DNA of 25,410 nucleotides from Terriglobia bacterium (GCA_047514915.1 JAKZXP010000324.1:1-25410); one strand, 5' to 3'; counted from the stretch's first letter, positions 16,701 through 24,003 are shown. Notes: a model not told the origin generated them from the sequence alone. Numbers and translations: made by a program.

Positions 16701-16939
16701 GCTGCGTCCGAAAAGCCTCGAAGGCCTCCTTCGCGCAGCACCAAATTGCGGGTGTGATCGCGGTAGCTGGCGGTGGGCACCAGCAGCAGCGTTTCGGCCG
16801 CGCCCCCGGCCTGCATCGCTTCGACAAATCTTTCGCGAAGCCGGTGGCTTTTTCCGACGCCAGCGGGACCTAGCAGCAGTTGGCGGTCGGTTCCCTCCCC
16901 TCGGTCGGCGCCCGACAAACAGTTCCCTCCATTCGTCAC
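13694..16939 (-). CDS. addB: AddB-like inactive-helicase/nuclease subunit with Fe-S-staple PD-(D/E)XK domain
   Basis: N-terminal Walker A GPAGVGKS; degenerate helicase motifs (LLLDGFADFT, VFIVGLVENEFP, ERLLFYVAATRP); nuclease ECAFKYF...GRLDRV...VVDFKY...RCKNCAFFDVC; GTG start; directly upstream of addA. Confidence 0.87.
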   Translation of the reverse strand: MTNGGNCLSGADRGEGTDRQLLLGPAGVGKSHRLRERFVEAMQAGGAAETLLLVPTASYRDHTRNLVLREGGLRGFSDAAVCTFHDLLERLFSESRCGAPGDSLLAGGSDSGSPAELSAARRELLLRRLLRELPLPYLDAVRDFPGFRTALGDALEEARRAGVEPDTLEAVLRKAAPSARHHAFQQLFRAYLAALRQAGVDATQRLSPALESLAGGALPLRLLLLDGFADFTAEQRALLMALLPHAPVAVVTLTLDPQKRDLFYQAERSRAWLKSLGFRELWIDANHRPRAGSLAAVELGLREGQAEAPAPLWAQEGALSLWAAADRRNEAELIGREILRLGRSGFRYREIGIIARRPGEYLPLLRGVFRHLGIPLRAFVPVSPADTAAGRHLRLCLDLFQPGSRPQSVFHWLKSPYSPLRSRKLVEKFEYRAIARLAEVREGRWDNCVTQGTRLADILERLAAFTSELARLDDASELAAWTLRLWREFTLLGEIPDRLRPERALELRAEAVAFRRIESLLGEISVAAQAEHAGPMSFPEFRELLLLLLARDQFSVRDRRQDAVTLMNPFEARQWELGAVFIVGLVENEFPAPIRDPLFLDDDDRKALEKTGGLALPTTAHRRLEERLLFYVAATRPRDRLYFTYPLSDADGTPQLRSSLLRGLRPLLESPAYRNLQWHRSAIACPAELATGTDDLLALTHLELGARASRPEARPETRPEARPEARTEARTEAMSRALALYEELRPLGATRRAASALAPRPGRLQLEAVRTRLRERATLFSASGFRTFAECAFKYFAQESLKLQGPAVPKEIDPQLAGKIAHATIEAWERGGRSRPIDEVLEECFRKKTRDIPPSHLAAKEREELRRCLERFAAFEQQHGDRYRTAIRPEYIELKFGYADGAPALEVTLADHTIIRVLGRLDRVEVVPAGDKKLGLVVDFKYNAKAFKKESWDQIQEGLELQFPVYLLALQERFGLVPAGAELYPLKTETLSRRGIYDSALLDQIFQQPPPAKAICLDPPQFREMMEQGRQWMKQHAERIRDGEIAVFPKFPERCKNCAFFDVCRVKQWEFPGQRARAWTR
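14742..14813. repeat. 12-bp tandem repeat x6 (in-frame, RPEA/RPET/RTEA)
   Basis: gcttcagtccgg x2, gcttcaggccgg x2, gtttcgggccgg, gcttcgggccgg. Confidence 0.92.
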
Positions 16940-17059
16940 CGTGATTCTACCGCAGCCCGGGTGGATCTGCGCGGATCGCCTGGCGCGCCGTCTGTAGCTT
17001 TGTTCCTACAGCTTGGTCCTGAATCCTGCCACCCCATCCGTTGCCAAGACCTGACCTCC

Positions 17060-17085
17060 GTATTGACGAGGGGTATTGACGAGGC
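17060..17085. repeat. 13-bp tandem duplication x2 in the addB/XRE divergent intergenic region
   Basis: gtattgacgaggg / gtattgacgaggc. Confidence 0.8.
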
Positions 17086-17125
17086 TTACGGGAACGGTCC
17101 GAAGGGCGAAGAAAAAATTTCCCGC

Positions 17126-17154
17126 TTGGCTGCGGGACGGGGCTGCGCTATATT
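17126..17154 (+). promoter_or_regulatory. Possible sigma70-type promoter for the XRE gene
   Basis: TTGGCT-N17-TATATT, 21 nt upstream of the ATG; no SD sequence in the short leader. Confidence 0.4.
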
Positions 17155-17175
17155 CTGCCAAGCTCAAATTGCGCG

Positions 17176-17505
17176 ATGAATATCGGCATCGCAATCCGCA
17201 ACCTTCGCCAGAAGCGCAGCCTCTCCCAGGGAGACCTGGAGAAGCGGACGGGGCTGATGCGCTGTTACATCTCGCGCGTAGAAAACGGGCACACGGTTCC
17301 CAGCATCGAAACCCTCTCCCGGATTGCGCGGGCCCTGGAAACGCAACTGGTGGACATGTTCTTGGGGGCCAACGCCCCTTCCGGCAACGCAGAACCCAGC
17401 GAGCAGGAGTTCCTGGAGGAGATGCGGCGCCACCTGCCGGTACTCTCGCCTGAGGAGCGAGAGCAGATCCTGGAAATGATTCGCCGTTTGGCGGGACCCG
17501 CCTAG
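17176..17505 (+). CDS. XRE-family helix-turn-helix transcriptional regulator
   Basis: IRNLRQKRSLSQGDLEKRTGLMRCYISRVENGHTVPSIETLSRIARAL is an HTH_3 pattern. Confidence 0.92.
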   Translation: MNIGIAIRNLRQKRSLSQGDLEKRTGLMRCYISRVENGHTVPSIETLSRIARALETQLVDMFLGANAPSGNAEPSEQEFLEEMRRHLPVLSPEEREQILEMIRRLAGPA

Positions 17506-17509
17506 CCGT

Positions 17510-17549
17510 TGCTGGGCTTGGCTAACGGGTGCTGGGCTTGGCTAACGGG
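17510..17549. repeat. 20-bp perfect tandem duplication x2 containing the lipoprotein stop codon
   Basis: tgctgggcttggctaacggg x2. Confidence 0.9.
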
Positions 17550-18426
17550 GCGTGGCGACCATCCTGCGGGGCATCGCCTTGAGGGCCTTTTCCAAGTCGG
17601 CCTGTAGCTCCTTGGCCGCCGTTGTGGTTTCCTCATCAGGCTCGAGCGCCAGCACCTGCTCGGTGGCCTTGATGGCACGCTTCCGCACCACCTCCAGAAC
17701 GCTCGGCTCACCCAGCCCTGTGCGATCAAAGATGGGAGATAACTTTTCCATCATGGTGGCCATAGCCAGCAGGAAACGCGCCGGAGGCACTTCGACGCGG
17801 CCCGATTGCAACGCTTTCTGGGCTCCGGCAGTATCATCGGCCGAGGTCAACACAGTGCTGACCGCTCGCACCACTCCACGATCCAGCGTTTTGACCTCGA
17901 CTGGCCTGCGTTGCTCCACTCCCAGGTCCAACCCGTCATAGACGCGGTTCAGTTCAGGCACTGGGGCGGCACTGCCTCTGGGGAAGGGAAACTCCACCAC
18001 CACCGGCTGCTCGGAAGAATCCTTGAGGAACGCCTCGGAGGATTCCAGCATGTAGAAGGCGTGCCTGCCGGCTTCCTTCAAGTGCTCCGTTTTTTGCCGC
18101 AGAAAGGCGGTCTTGTTGGCACCGGCACGCTTCGAGCCAGCAGAGTAGGCTTCCGCTATTTCCAGGTGGCCGTGGGCGAGTCCGGCCGTCAGGATGGTTC
18201 GCCAAACGCGCGCACTTGGCACGTAGGGGCTGCCCTCGCTTCGTTCCAGCTTCTCCAGGTGCTCGACCGTCTTCTCCAGGTCGCCGGCAGCGAAGGTGTC
18301 CCGGGCCGCCTGGTGCAGCCACTCCGGTGAGCCGCGGGCAGGACCGCTGGGAGAGCAAGCGCCAGTCACCAAACAGAAGGTCACCAGACAGAAAATGCCA
18401 ACCAGAAATAGCGTTCGCTGCACCAT
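17542..18426 (-). CDS. Hypothetical lipoprotein
   Basis: 294 aa; AAAGGAG RBS; basic N-terminus, hydrophobic core and lipobox-like VTGA-C; the mature part looks helical. Confidence 0.75.
   Translation of the reverse strand: MVQRTLFLVGIFCLVTFCLVTGACSPSGPARGSPEWLHQAARDTFAAGDLEKTVEHLEKLERSEGSPYVPSARVWRTILTAGLAHGHLEIAEAYSAGSKRAGANKTAFLRQKTEHLKEAGRHAFYMLESSEAFLKDSSEQPVVVEFPFPRGSAAPVPELNRVYDGLDLGVEQRRPVEVKTLDRGVVRAVSTVLTSADDTAGAQKALQSGRVEVPPARFLLAMATMMEKLSPIFDRTGLGEPSVLEVVRKRAIKATEQVLALEPDEETTTAAKELQADLEKALKAMPRRMVATPR
18365..18394. repeat. 15-bp tandem duplication x2 (in-frame, FCLVT x2 in the signal peptide)
   Basis: gtcaccaaacagaag / gtcaccagacagaaa. Confidence 0.7.
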
Positions 18427-18592
18427 GAGCTATGCTCCTTTCCCCGGTGCGAGCAAGAGTCGGGTTAGGGCACAAAAGCTACCGACATCACCGTCGCTTA
18501 GACTAGACCAATTCGCCTGGGCGGGCAACACCTCTTCGCTCCCTCACGAGTCGAGTTGGCCGCCTCGAACCTTGGCAAGGCGGCGTTGCGAT

Positions 18593-18634
18593 CATCTTGG
18601 AACTGGCATCCTGGAACTGGCATCCTGGAACTGA
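18593..18634. repeat. 14-bp tandem repeat x3 (intergenic)
   Basis: catcttggaactgg / catcctggaactgg / catcctggaactga. Confidence 0.88.
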
Positions 18635-18695
18635 GCTTGCCGCGGACCGACAGGCAAGGGCGATCAGCAGGTTCGAGCTTGACCGGTCCGTGCTT

Positions 18696-18721
18696 TCTAT
18701 TTACAGTCTCTATTTACAGTC
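18696..18721. repeat. 13-bp perfect tandem duplication x2 (intergenic)
   Basis: tctatttacagtc x2. Confidence 0.85.
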
Positions 18722-18762
18722 TGGGTGGCTCTGGGAGCCTAGTCTGGCACTTAAGAGGGTTT

Positions 18763-19113
18763 ATGCGTTGCACGATATTACAGATCGTCAGAAGGTGCGC
18801 TGCCATTCTGGCAATGGGGTGCCTGATCGCCTCACCGGCCGTTGCGGAGACCTGGGAGGGATGGCTCAGCGATGTGGCGTGCAAAGGCCAGGATGTGAGC
18901 GCACATCCAGTCAGTTGCATGGTCGGTTGCGCCAAGACGGGGTTCGGACTGGTGCAGCGGAACGGTAAGTTCCTGAAGTTTGACGAGTCCGGGAACAAGG
19001 AAGCGCTGGAACTGTTGAAGGGCACTAAGAAGGATGAGAAGGAGATTGAGGTAAAGGTTACGGGAACGCTGAAGGGTGGAACCATCGAGGTTGGCTCGAT
19101 CGATCCTCGCTGA
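18763..19113 (+). CDS. Small secreted hypothetical protein with a C-x7-H-x3-C-x3-C motif
   Basis: ORF 18556..19113 trimmed to the ATG at 18763 (AAGAGGG RBS); signal peptide ending SPAVA; LSDVACKGQDVSAHPVSCMVGCAKTGFG...VKVTGTLKGGTIEVGSI. Confidence 0.75.
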   Translation: MRCTILQIVRRCAAILAMGCLIASPAVAETWEGWLSDVACKGQDVSAHPVSCMVGCAKTGFGLVQRNGKFLKFDESGNKEALELLKGTKKDEKEIEVKVTGTLKGGTIEVGSIDPR

Positions 19114-19264
19114 CGCATCGAGTCACCGGGCGAGTTCTTGCGGTTCTTATGCGGCGATGAAGACGCCGGAGTGATGGCCATCGGGCGAAACTGCCGCTGC
19201 TTGCCACCGCAGGAGGGCACCGAAGTTCCGGACACGAATCCATTGGAAGGAGAGCCTGCAAGCA

Positions 19265-20971
19265 ATGTCCCAACGTCCGTTTATTGTCGCGCTCGTCGCC
19301 CTGGCGGTGCTTCTTGTTACGACCGCGCGCACCACGCCACCACCAGCAAACTCCGGCCTCGTCGATCTTACGCTTCTGGTGGCGGCAGACTTCCCGGGCA
19401 CCTGGCCTAAGAACGATTGGCCACTTTTCCAGATGTCCCATTACCTTCGTATTGGCCCCAAAAGCCCCTACAACAGCGACGTTTTGCTCCTCGAGGGGAA
19501 TGTCGGCACGCAACTCGACACGCCGCCGCACTCGATTCCCATGCCTGGTTCCGGCCTCCCCAACGCCGGGCCGGCTGGTCTCCTGTTCGCGGAAAGCGTC
19601 CCACCCTGGCAGTTTGTCGGAGAGGCCTGTGTGATCAACGTTGCCCACCTGCGGGACCGCGCAGCCAAGGGGCACAGCCCCCTGATCCAAACCAGCGACA
19701 TCCAGGCATGGGAGAAAAAGCACCGGCCGCTGGGACCAGGCGACGTGGTGATCTTCGCCAGCGGATATAGCGATGCCTACTACCTTCCCCTGCCCGAGGG
19801 CAGGCGGTTTATCGCCGATCCGCTGGAAGGGCGTACGCCCGCCTGGCCTGACCCCACTCCCGAGGCCATGGAATATGTGGCCAAGCGGGGCGTGATGGCG
19901 GCGGCCACCGACAGCCCGAGCATGGGTCCGATTCCCGATTATGCCGACCCAACGCATACGGCCGGGCTGAAGTATGGAATGATCTGGACCGAAGGGGGAA
20001 CTGGGTTCGGACAACTGCCGCCGACAGGAGCCTTGTACGGCGTGCTCTCTCCGAAATACGTGGGCGCCATGGCCACCGAGGCGCGCGCCTTGGCGGTCAT
20101 CGGCTCGCCCCTGGCGGGGCAGTTGATTGAGTCAGCCCGCAAGAAGAGGGTCGTGGATCTTTCGGTGATGTTTGCCGACAACCTGCCCCTGTGGTGGCCC
20201 GGAACCGGATTCGGCAATCATCGCCAGCGCCTCCTGACGGTGCGGCATGCCTATGATCCGAAAACGGAGGCCTCCCACATGGTGCACATCATGGACGCCC
20301 ACACCGGCACTCATCTTGTTCCGCCGGTCTACTCTTTACCGCCCCCCGGCTTCTCCAACAGCAGTTACTCGCCCGAGGTGCAACGCTGGCTGGCCGAATA
20401 CGAAAAACAGTTTGGTCCTCGCGGCACAAGTGAGGTGACCGTGGAAAAGGTGCCTGTCTCGCAGACCAGCGGGTGGCTTCGGGTCATTGATGTGCGAGGA
20501 CTGGCCGGCTCCACGGACCGCAGCAAGTGGCCTGCGGCGCCCGAAATCCAGTCCGCCCATGTGGCAGAGTATGAGAAAAAGAATGGGGCGCTGCAACCGG
20601 GCGAGATCGTGGTCTTTCAGACCGGTCACAGCCAGCGTTGCGTACCGTCGGAAAAGGACCCGAAGGCCACTGGCTGCCTTGACGATCCCATCAACGGCCG
20701 TAGCGAGGGCTGGCCAGCGCCTGGGCCGGAAGTCATCGTCTATTTGGCCGGCAAGGGGATCCGGGCTGTTGGCATTGATGCGCCCACGCTCGGAGGCGTG
20801 GAGCCCCGTCGCGCGCTGATGACCTACTGGGCACTAGGCAGCAAGGGCATGGCTGGCATTGAGTACCTGACCAATCTTGAACAGCTTCCTGGGAAAGCGT
20901 ATCTGCTATTTGCCGCGATCAAGGTTCGCGACGCTCACGGCTCGCCCGGCCGGGCCCTCGCCCTCTACTAG
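19265..20971 (+). CDS. Secreted tandem cyclase-family (kynurenine formamidase-like) protein, two domains
   Basis: Signal peptide. Domain 1: VDLTLL...NVGTQLDTPPH...GDVVIFASG...ATDSPS..H..TEG. Domain 2: VDLSV...HTGTHLVPPVY...GEIVVFQTG...GIDAPT...IEYLTNL...GSPGRALA. AAGGAG RBS. Confidence 0.85.
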   Translation: MSQRPFIVALVALAVLLVTTARTTPPPANSGLVDLTLLVAADFPGTWPKNDWPLFQMSHYLRIGPKSPYNSDVLLLEGNVGTQLDTPPHSIPMPGSGLPNAGPAGLLFAESVPPWQFVGEACVINVAHLRDRAAKGHSPLIQTSDIQAWEKKHRPLGPGDVVIFASGYSDAYYLPLPEGRRFIADPLEGRTPAWPDPTPEAMEYVAKRGVMAAATDSPSMGPIPDYADPTHTAGLKYGMIWTEGGTGFGQLPPTGALYGVLSPKYVGAMATEARALAVIGSPLAGQLIESARKKRVVDLSVMFADNLPLWWPGTGFGNHRQRLLTVRHAYDPKTEASHMVHIMDAHTGTHLVPPVYSLPPPGFSNSSYSPEVQRWLAEYEKQFGPRGTSEVTVEKVPVSQTSGWLRVIDVRGLAGSTDRSKWPAAPEIQSAHVAEYEKKNGALQPGEIVVFQTGHSQRCVPSEKDPKATGCLDDPINGRSEGWPAPGPEVIVYLAGKGIRAVGIDAPTLGGVEPRRALMTYWALGSKGMAGIEYLTNLEQLPGKAYLLFAAIKVRDAHGSPGRALALY

Positions 20972-21008
20972 GTTACGGTAGGGCCATGACGTTACGGCAA
21001 GGCATGAT
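20972..21008. repeat. Degenerate ~19-bp tandem duplication just after the cyclase stop
   Basis: gttacggtagggccatgac / gttacggcaaggcatgat. Confidence 0.55.
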
Positions 21009-21019
21009 TCGCCAAGTCT

Positions 21020-21035
21020 GCCCCGGGCCCGGGGC
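21020..21035. terminator. GC-rich perfect 16-bp palindrome, possible terminator stem
   Basis: gccccgggcccggggc about 50 nt downstream of the cyclase stop; no U-tract, so the function is uncertain. Confidence 0.3.
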
Positions 21036-21051
21036 TCCGATGAGATTGCGG

Positions 21052-21080
21052 TTGCCGTTGCATTAATTCGGTGCTAGGTT
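21052..21080 (+). promoter_or_regulatory. Probable sigma70-type promoter for the DsrE gene
   Basis: TTGCCG (21052-21057)-N17-TAGGTT (21075-21080) with extended -10 TGn; GGGAGGT RBS follows at 21111-21117. Confidence 0.5.
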
Positions 21081-21122
21081 GCCAGCGGGGTTTCGATCAC
21101 TGTTCTCCGTGGGAGGTTTACA

Positions 21123-21494
21123 ATGCCTAAGACTCTGGTCACGGGTATCCATGGCGTGGAAGATCCGACCAAAGCAGGATTGGTCTTCGTTGTTGCCAAG
21201 GGGGCCAAGGGGGCCAAGGAGGCCGGGCATGAGGTTGCCATTGCTCTGGTGGGCGATGGCGTGATTGTCATGAAATCCGCGGTGCGCGACAGCATCGTGC
21301 CGGTTGGGCTGCCGCCGCTGAAAGAGCTGTTCGCCTTTGCTGTGGGCAACAAGATTCCCGTATATGTTTGAAGACTTTGCGGGAAGGCCCGTGGGGTCTC
21401 CGAAGAAGATTTCCAGGGGATCAATGCCTCTTGGATGGATCCTAAACGTTACGCCCAGCTGGTTGCGGAACACGACCGCGTAGTGAGTTTCTGA
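21123..21494 (+). CDS. DsrE-family protein, probable selenoprotein (UxxC; TGA 21369-21371 read as Sec83)
   Basis: The frame continues past the TGA: IPVYV-U-RLC-GKARGVSEEDFQGINASWMDPKRYAQLVAEHDRVVSF-stop(21492-21494), giving 123 aa. This matches the DsrE C-terminal pattern V-C-x-x-C-x-x-ARG...D-x-V-x-x-F. The N-terminal half has DPTKA and IALVGDGV motifs. Confidence 0.88.
21195..21221. repeat. 9-bp tandem repeat x3 (in-frame, AKG-AKG-AKE)
   Basis: gccaagggg / gccaagggg / gccaaggag. Confidence 0.75.
21372..21408 (+). promoter_or_regulatory. Putative bacterial SECIS element
   Basis: Hairpin GGA(21382-84)-A-GGCCC / loop GUG / GGGUC-UCC(21399-401). The apical loop starts with G at 21391, 19 nt after the UGA, consistent with the bacterial SECIS model. 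Folded by eye only. Confidence 0.65.
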
Positions 21495-21644
21495 AGTAGC
21501 CTTCTGCCAGCTTAGCGGAGGGAGCCGGGTACCTATCCGCCTCCACTGCAGCCCACCCGTCGTAATCAATCTCGCGGAGCACGTCTTAGAGTTGCAACTA
21601 CGGGGGGTTTTCAGTGCGTGGCAGTAGCCGGGCTCGATCGTCTA

Positions 21645-22940
21645 TCAGGCCTCCTCGCCCAGCGCTTCGGCATCTTCTAGCTTGACGGCTCCTTTGCCCC
21701 GTTGCTGCAGCACTAACAACGCAAAAGCGAGGGCCAGTAGGGCAGGCAGGGCCACCAGATGTCGCAATGTGGCCGAGCCGGCCGCAAGCTGCACCGTCGT
21801 CCAGTGGGCCGCCTCGGCCGTGCCCGCAGCCGCATCTCGCAGCATTTCCACCGTTGTCCCGAGCGGCAGGGCGCCGGCGAGTTGTTGGTCATAGATGCGG
21901 CCGACCGAGGGGAGGGCCACGCCGGCGGAGGCCATGCCAGCACCGCCGATGAACGCAAGGCCCAAAGCGCCCGAGACGGGCAAACGTTCCGAGACAAAGC
22001 CCAGCAGCGTCGGCCAGAAATAGCAGACTCCCAAAGCGAAAATGGCCGCCGCGGCCAACGACGTCAGGCCGCGCGCGTAACTCATCGCATAAAGCCCGAT
22101 AGCCGCGAACACCGTTGCGAACAGAAGCAGCCCGGGGGTGGTTAGCAGCCGCACCATCGGGCCGACGACCAGCCGGCCCACCATCATGATGCTACTCACC
22201 CACACCAGGACCAAGATGCCGGGAACGCCGGAGTTTTCCAGCAACAGCGCGATCCACTGGTTGGTGCCAGTTTCCGTAGCGGCGGCCAGAACCATGCACA
22301 AGATCATGAACAGGAACAGCGGCCGAACGCACTCGGCAAACATTTTGCGGGTCGAGATCCCCGAGGCCACGCGCTCGGTCGCGGGGAATGGCTGGCGGAA
22401 AAACATGAGCCCGTAGATTACAGTGGGCACCAGCAGGATGGCTGTCTGGATTTGCCAGCCGGCGCCCAGGCGCTGCAGCAGGTAGGCGACCAGGCCGCCA
22501 ATGACGATTCCGCCGGGCCACCATGCGTGGTACTGATTCAGCTTCTTGGTCTTCTCCTCCGGATAGAGGGTTGCCACCAGAGGATTGGTCGCTCCTTCCA
22601 CCAGGCCGTTGGCGATACCGATCAGAAGCGTAGAGAAAACCAGAGACCAGAATCCGACCGAGAAGATGGTCAGCACCGTGCCCAGGGCGTGGCCGAGCCA
22701 GGCCCCCGCCATCAGCCGGCCCATCCCCAGCACGTCACACAGGGGGCCGGATAAGAACAGCGACAACATGGTGCCCCAGAAGGCGGCGCCGGCGATCCAT
22801 CCCAACTGCGTGCCGCTCAGGTGAAATTCCTGGCCCAGCTCGCTCATGATGGCGCCGCGAACGCCGAACGCCATGGCGGTGACAATCAGCGCTACGCAGC
22901 TTGCGCTATACAAGCGCGCCGCGTTGGGCTTGCTCTTCAA
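21645..22940 (-). CDS. MFS transporter (sugar/FucP-like)
   Basis: About 12 hydrophobic segments; motif A-like GPLCDVLGMGRL; GLVEGATNPLVATLYP, WPGGIVIG, FWPTLLGFVSERLP; TTG start with AAGGGGG RBS. Confidence 0.88.
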   Translation of the reverse strand: MKSKPNAARLYSASCVALIVTAMAFGVRGAIMSELGQEFHLSGTQLGWIAGAAFWGTMLSLFLSGPLCDVLGMGRLMAGAWLGHALGTVLTIFSVGFWSLVFSTLLIGIANGLVEGATNPLVATLYPEEKTKKLNQYHAWWPGGIVIGGLVAYLLQRLGAGWQIQTAILLVPTVIYGLMFFRQPFPATERVASGISTRKMFAECVRPLFLFMILCMVLAAATETGTNQWIALLLENSGVPGILVLVWVSSIMMVGRLVVGPMVRLLTTPGLLLFATVFAAIGLYAMSYARGLTSLAAAAIFALGVCYFWPTLLGFVSERLPVSGALGLAFIGGAGMASAGVALPSVGRIYDQQLAGALPLGTTVEMLRDAAAGTAEAAHWTTVQLAAGSATLRHLVALPALLALAFALLVLQQRGKGAVKLEDAEALGEEA

Positions 22941-23088
22941 TAGAGTCCCCCTTTCTCCCCCGCCATGGATTTTCCCTGGGGTCTCGGATGAGATCCGCCT
23001 GCTGAATGTAAGCCTTGTGTCTGCTGCAAGGGAACTGTGGTGCCCAGGCCTCCCGCCCTGTGCGGATGGCGGACTGGCTTAGCTTCGC

Positions 23089-23130
23089 TCTTACGAATCT
23101 ATCTTACGAATCCACGCCCGAATCCACGCC
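23089..23130. repeat. Two adjacent duplications at a gene 3' end: 13-bp period (stop codon copied) and 12-bp period (GVDS x2)
   Basis: tcttacgaatc at 23089 and 23102; cgaatccacgcc at 23107 and 23119. Confidence 0.8.
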
Positions 23131-24003
23131 GGCCATTGCCATCGCCATCGTCCCCAGCGTCGAATAGTCTTCCTTCTCCCGGCCGGCGGCCATCAGCGCA
23201 TTGACCAGCTGTTGCACAATGGCGGAGACAGGTACGGGAACGTCATAGAAAAGCGCGGTCTCCGTAACGATTCGCATGTCCTTCTGGTACATCCGCGCCT
23301 CAAAGCCGGGGACATAGTTGCGCTGAAGAATACGTTCACCATGAACTTCCAGCACCCGGCTGGAGGCAAATCCGCCCAGCAGGGCCTCTCGCACTTTTGC
23401 CGCGTCCACTCCAGCTTTGCGCGCCAGGGCAAAAGCCTCGCCTACGGCCGACAGGGTTCCACCGATGACCAGTTGGTTGCAGGTCTTGCACAATTGCCCC
23501 GCCCCGGATGGGCCAATGTGAACTATCCGCTCTGGATTCCCCATGGCAGCAAAGATGGGGCGCACTCGTTCCAGCACAGCGGGGTCGCCGCCTACCATAG
23601 TGACCAGGGTGGCATTGATGGCTCCGATCTCGCCGCCGCTGACCGGTGCGTCCAGCATGCTGGCGCCGCGTGCCGCTGCCTGCTCGGCCAGTTGTCGCGC
23701 GACCACGGATGAAATCGTACTCATGTCCACGATCACCGCGCCGGGCCGCAGACCTTCAAACACGCCCTGTGGCCCGGACAGCACCAGAGTGACGTCGGAG
23801 GAGTCGGGCAGCATGGTGATGAGCACCTCGCACTGCCGCGCCACCTCGGCCGGGCTGCCGGCCGCCTTGGCTCCCGCCGCCACAAGGTCCTCTACGGGTG
23901 GCCGGCTGCGGCTGTGCACCACCAGGGAGAATCCTTTCTTAAGCAAGTTCTTGGCCATCGGGCGGCCCATGCGCCCCAGACCGATGAATCCAACCGTCTG
24001 CAT
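23104..24003 (-). CDS. NAD(P)-dependent beta-hydroxyacid dehydrogenase (2-hydroxy-3-oxopropionate reductase, GarR/GlxR-like)
   Basis: VGFIGLGRMG, DMSTIS, LDAPVSGG, GAGQLCKTCNQ (catalytic Lys), F...KD; AGGAGGAGG RBS. Confidence 0.9.
   Translation of the reverse strand: MQTVGFIGLGRMGRPMAKNLLKKGFSLVVHSRSRPPVEDLVAAGAKAAGSPAEVARQCEVLITMLPDSSDVTLVLSGPQGVFEGLRPGAVIVDMSTISSVVARQLAEQAAARGASMLDAPVSGGEIGAINATLVTMVGGDPAVLERVRPIFAAMGNPERIVHIGPSGAGQLCKTCNQLVIGGTLSAVGEAFALARKAGVDAAKVREALLGGFASSRVLEVHGERILQRNYVPGFEARMYQKDMRIVTETALFYDVPVPVSAIVQQLVNALMAAGREKEDYSTLGTMAMAMAGVDSGVDS

Noticed and set aside
18696-18745. TTTACA repeats as tandem -35 boxes for the small secreted protein
   Set aside because: No acceptable -10 hexamer at 16-18 bp spacing from either copy.
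18714-20014. Minus-strand ORFs 18714..19265 and 19058..20014
   Set aside because: Antisense to the secreted small protein and the cyclase, which have signal peptides, RBSs and motifs.
21123-21371. 82-aa DsrE fragment interpreted as a truncated pseudogene
   Set aside because: The frame after the TGA is intact and family-like, the TGA falls at the conserved Cys column, and a SECIS-like hairpin follows. Sec recoding explains all three.
21063-21569. 168-aa minus-strand ORF overlapping the DsrE gene
   Set aside because: No recognisable motifs; it is the antisense shadow of a well-supported gene with promoter and RBS.
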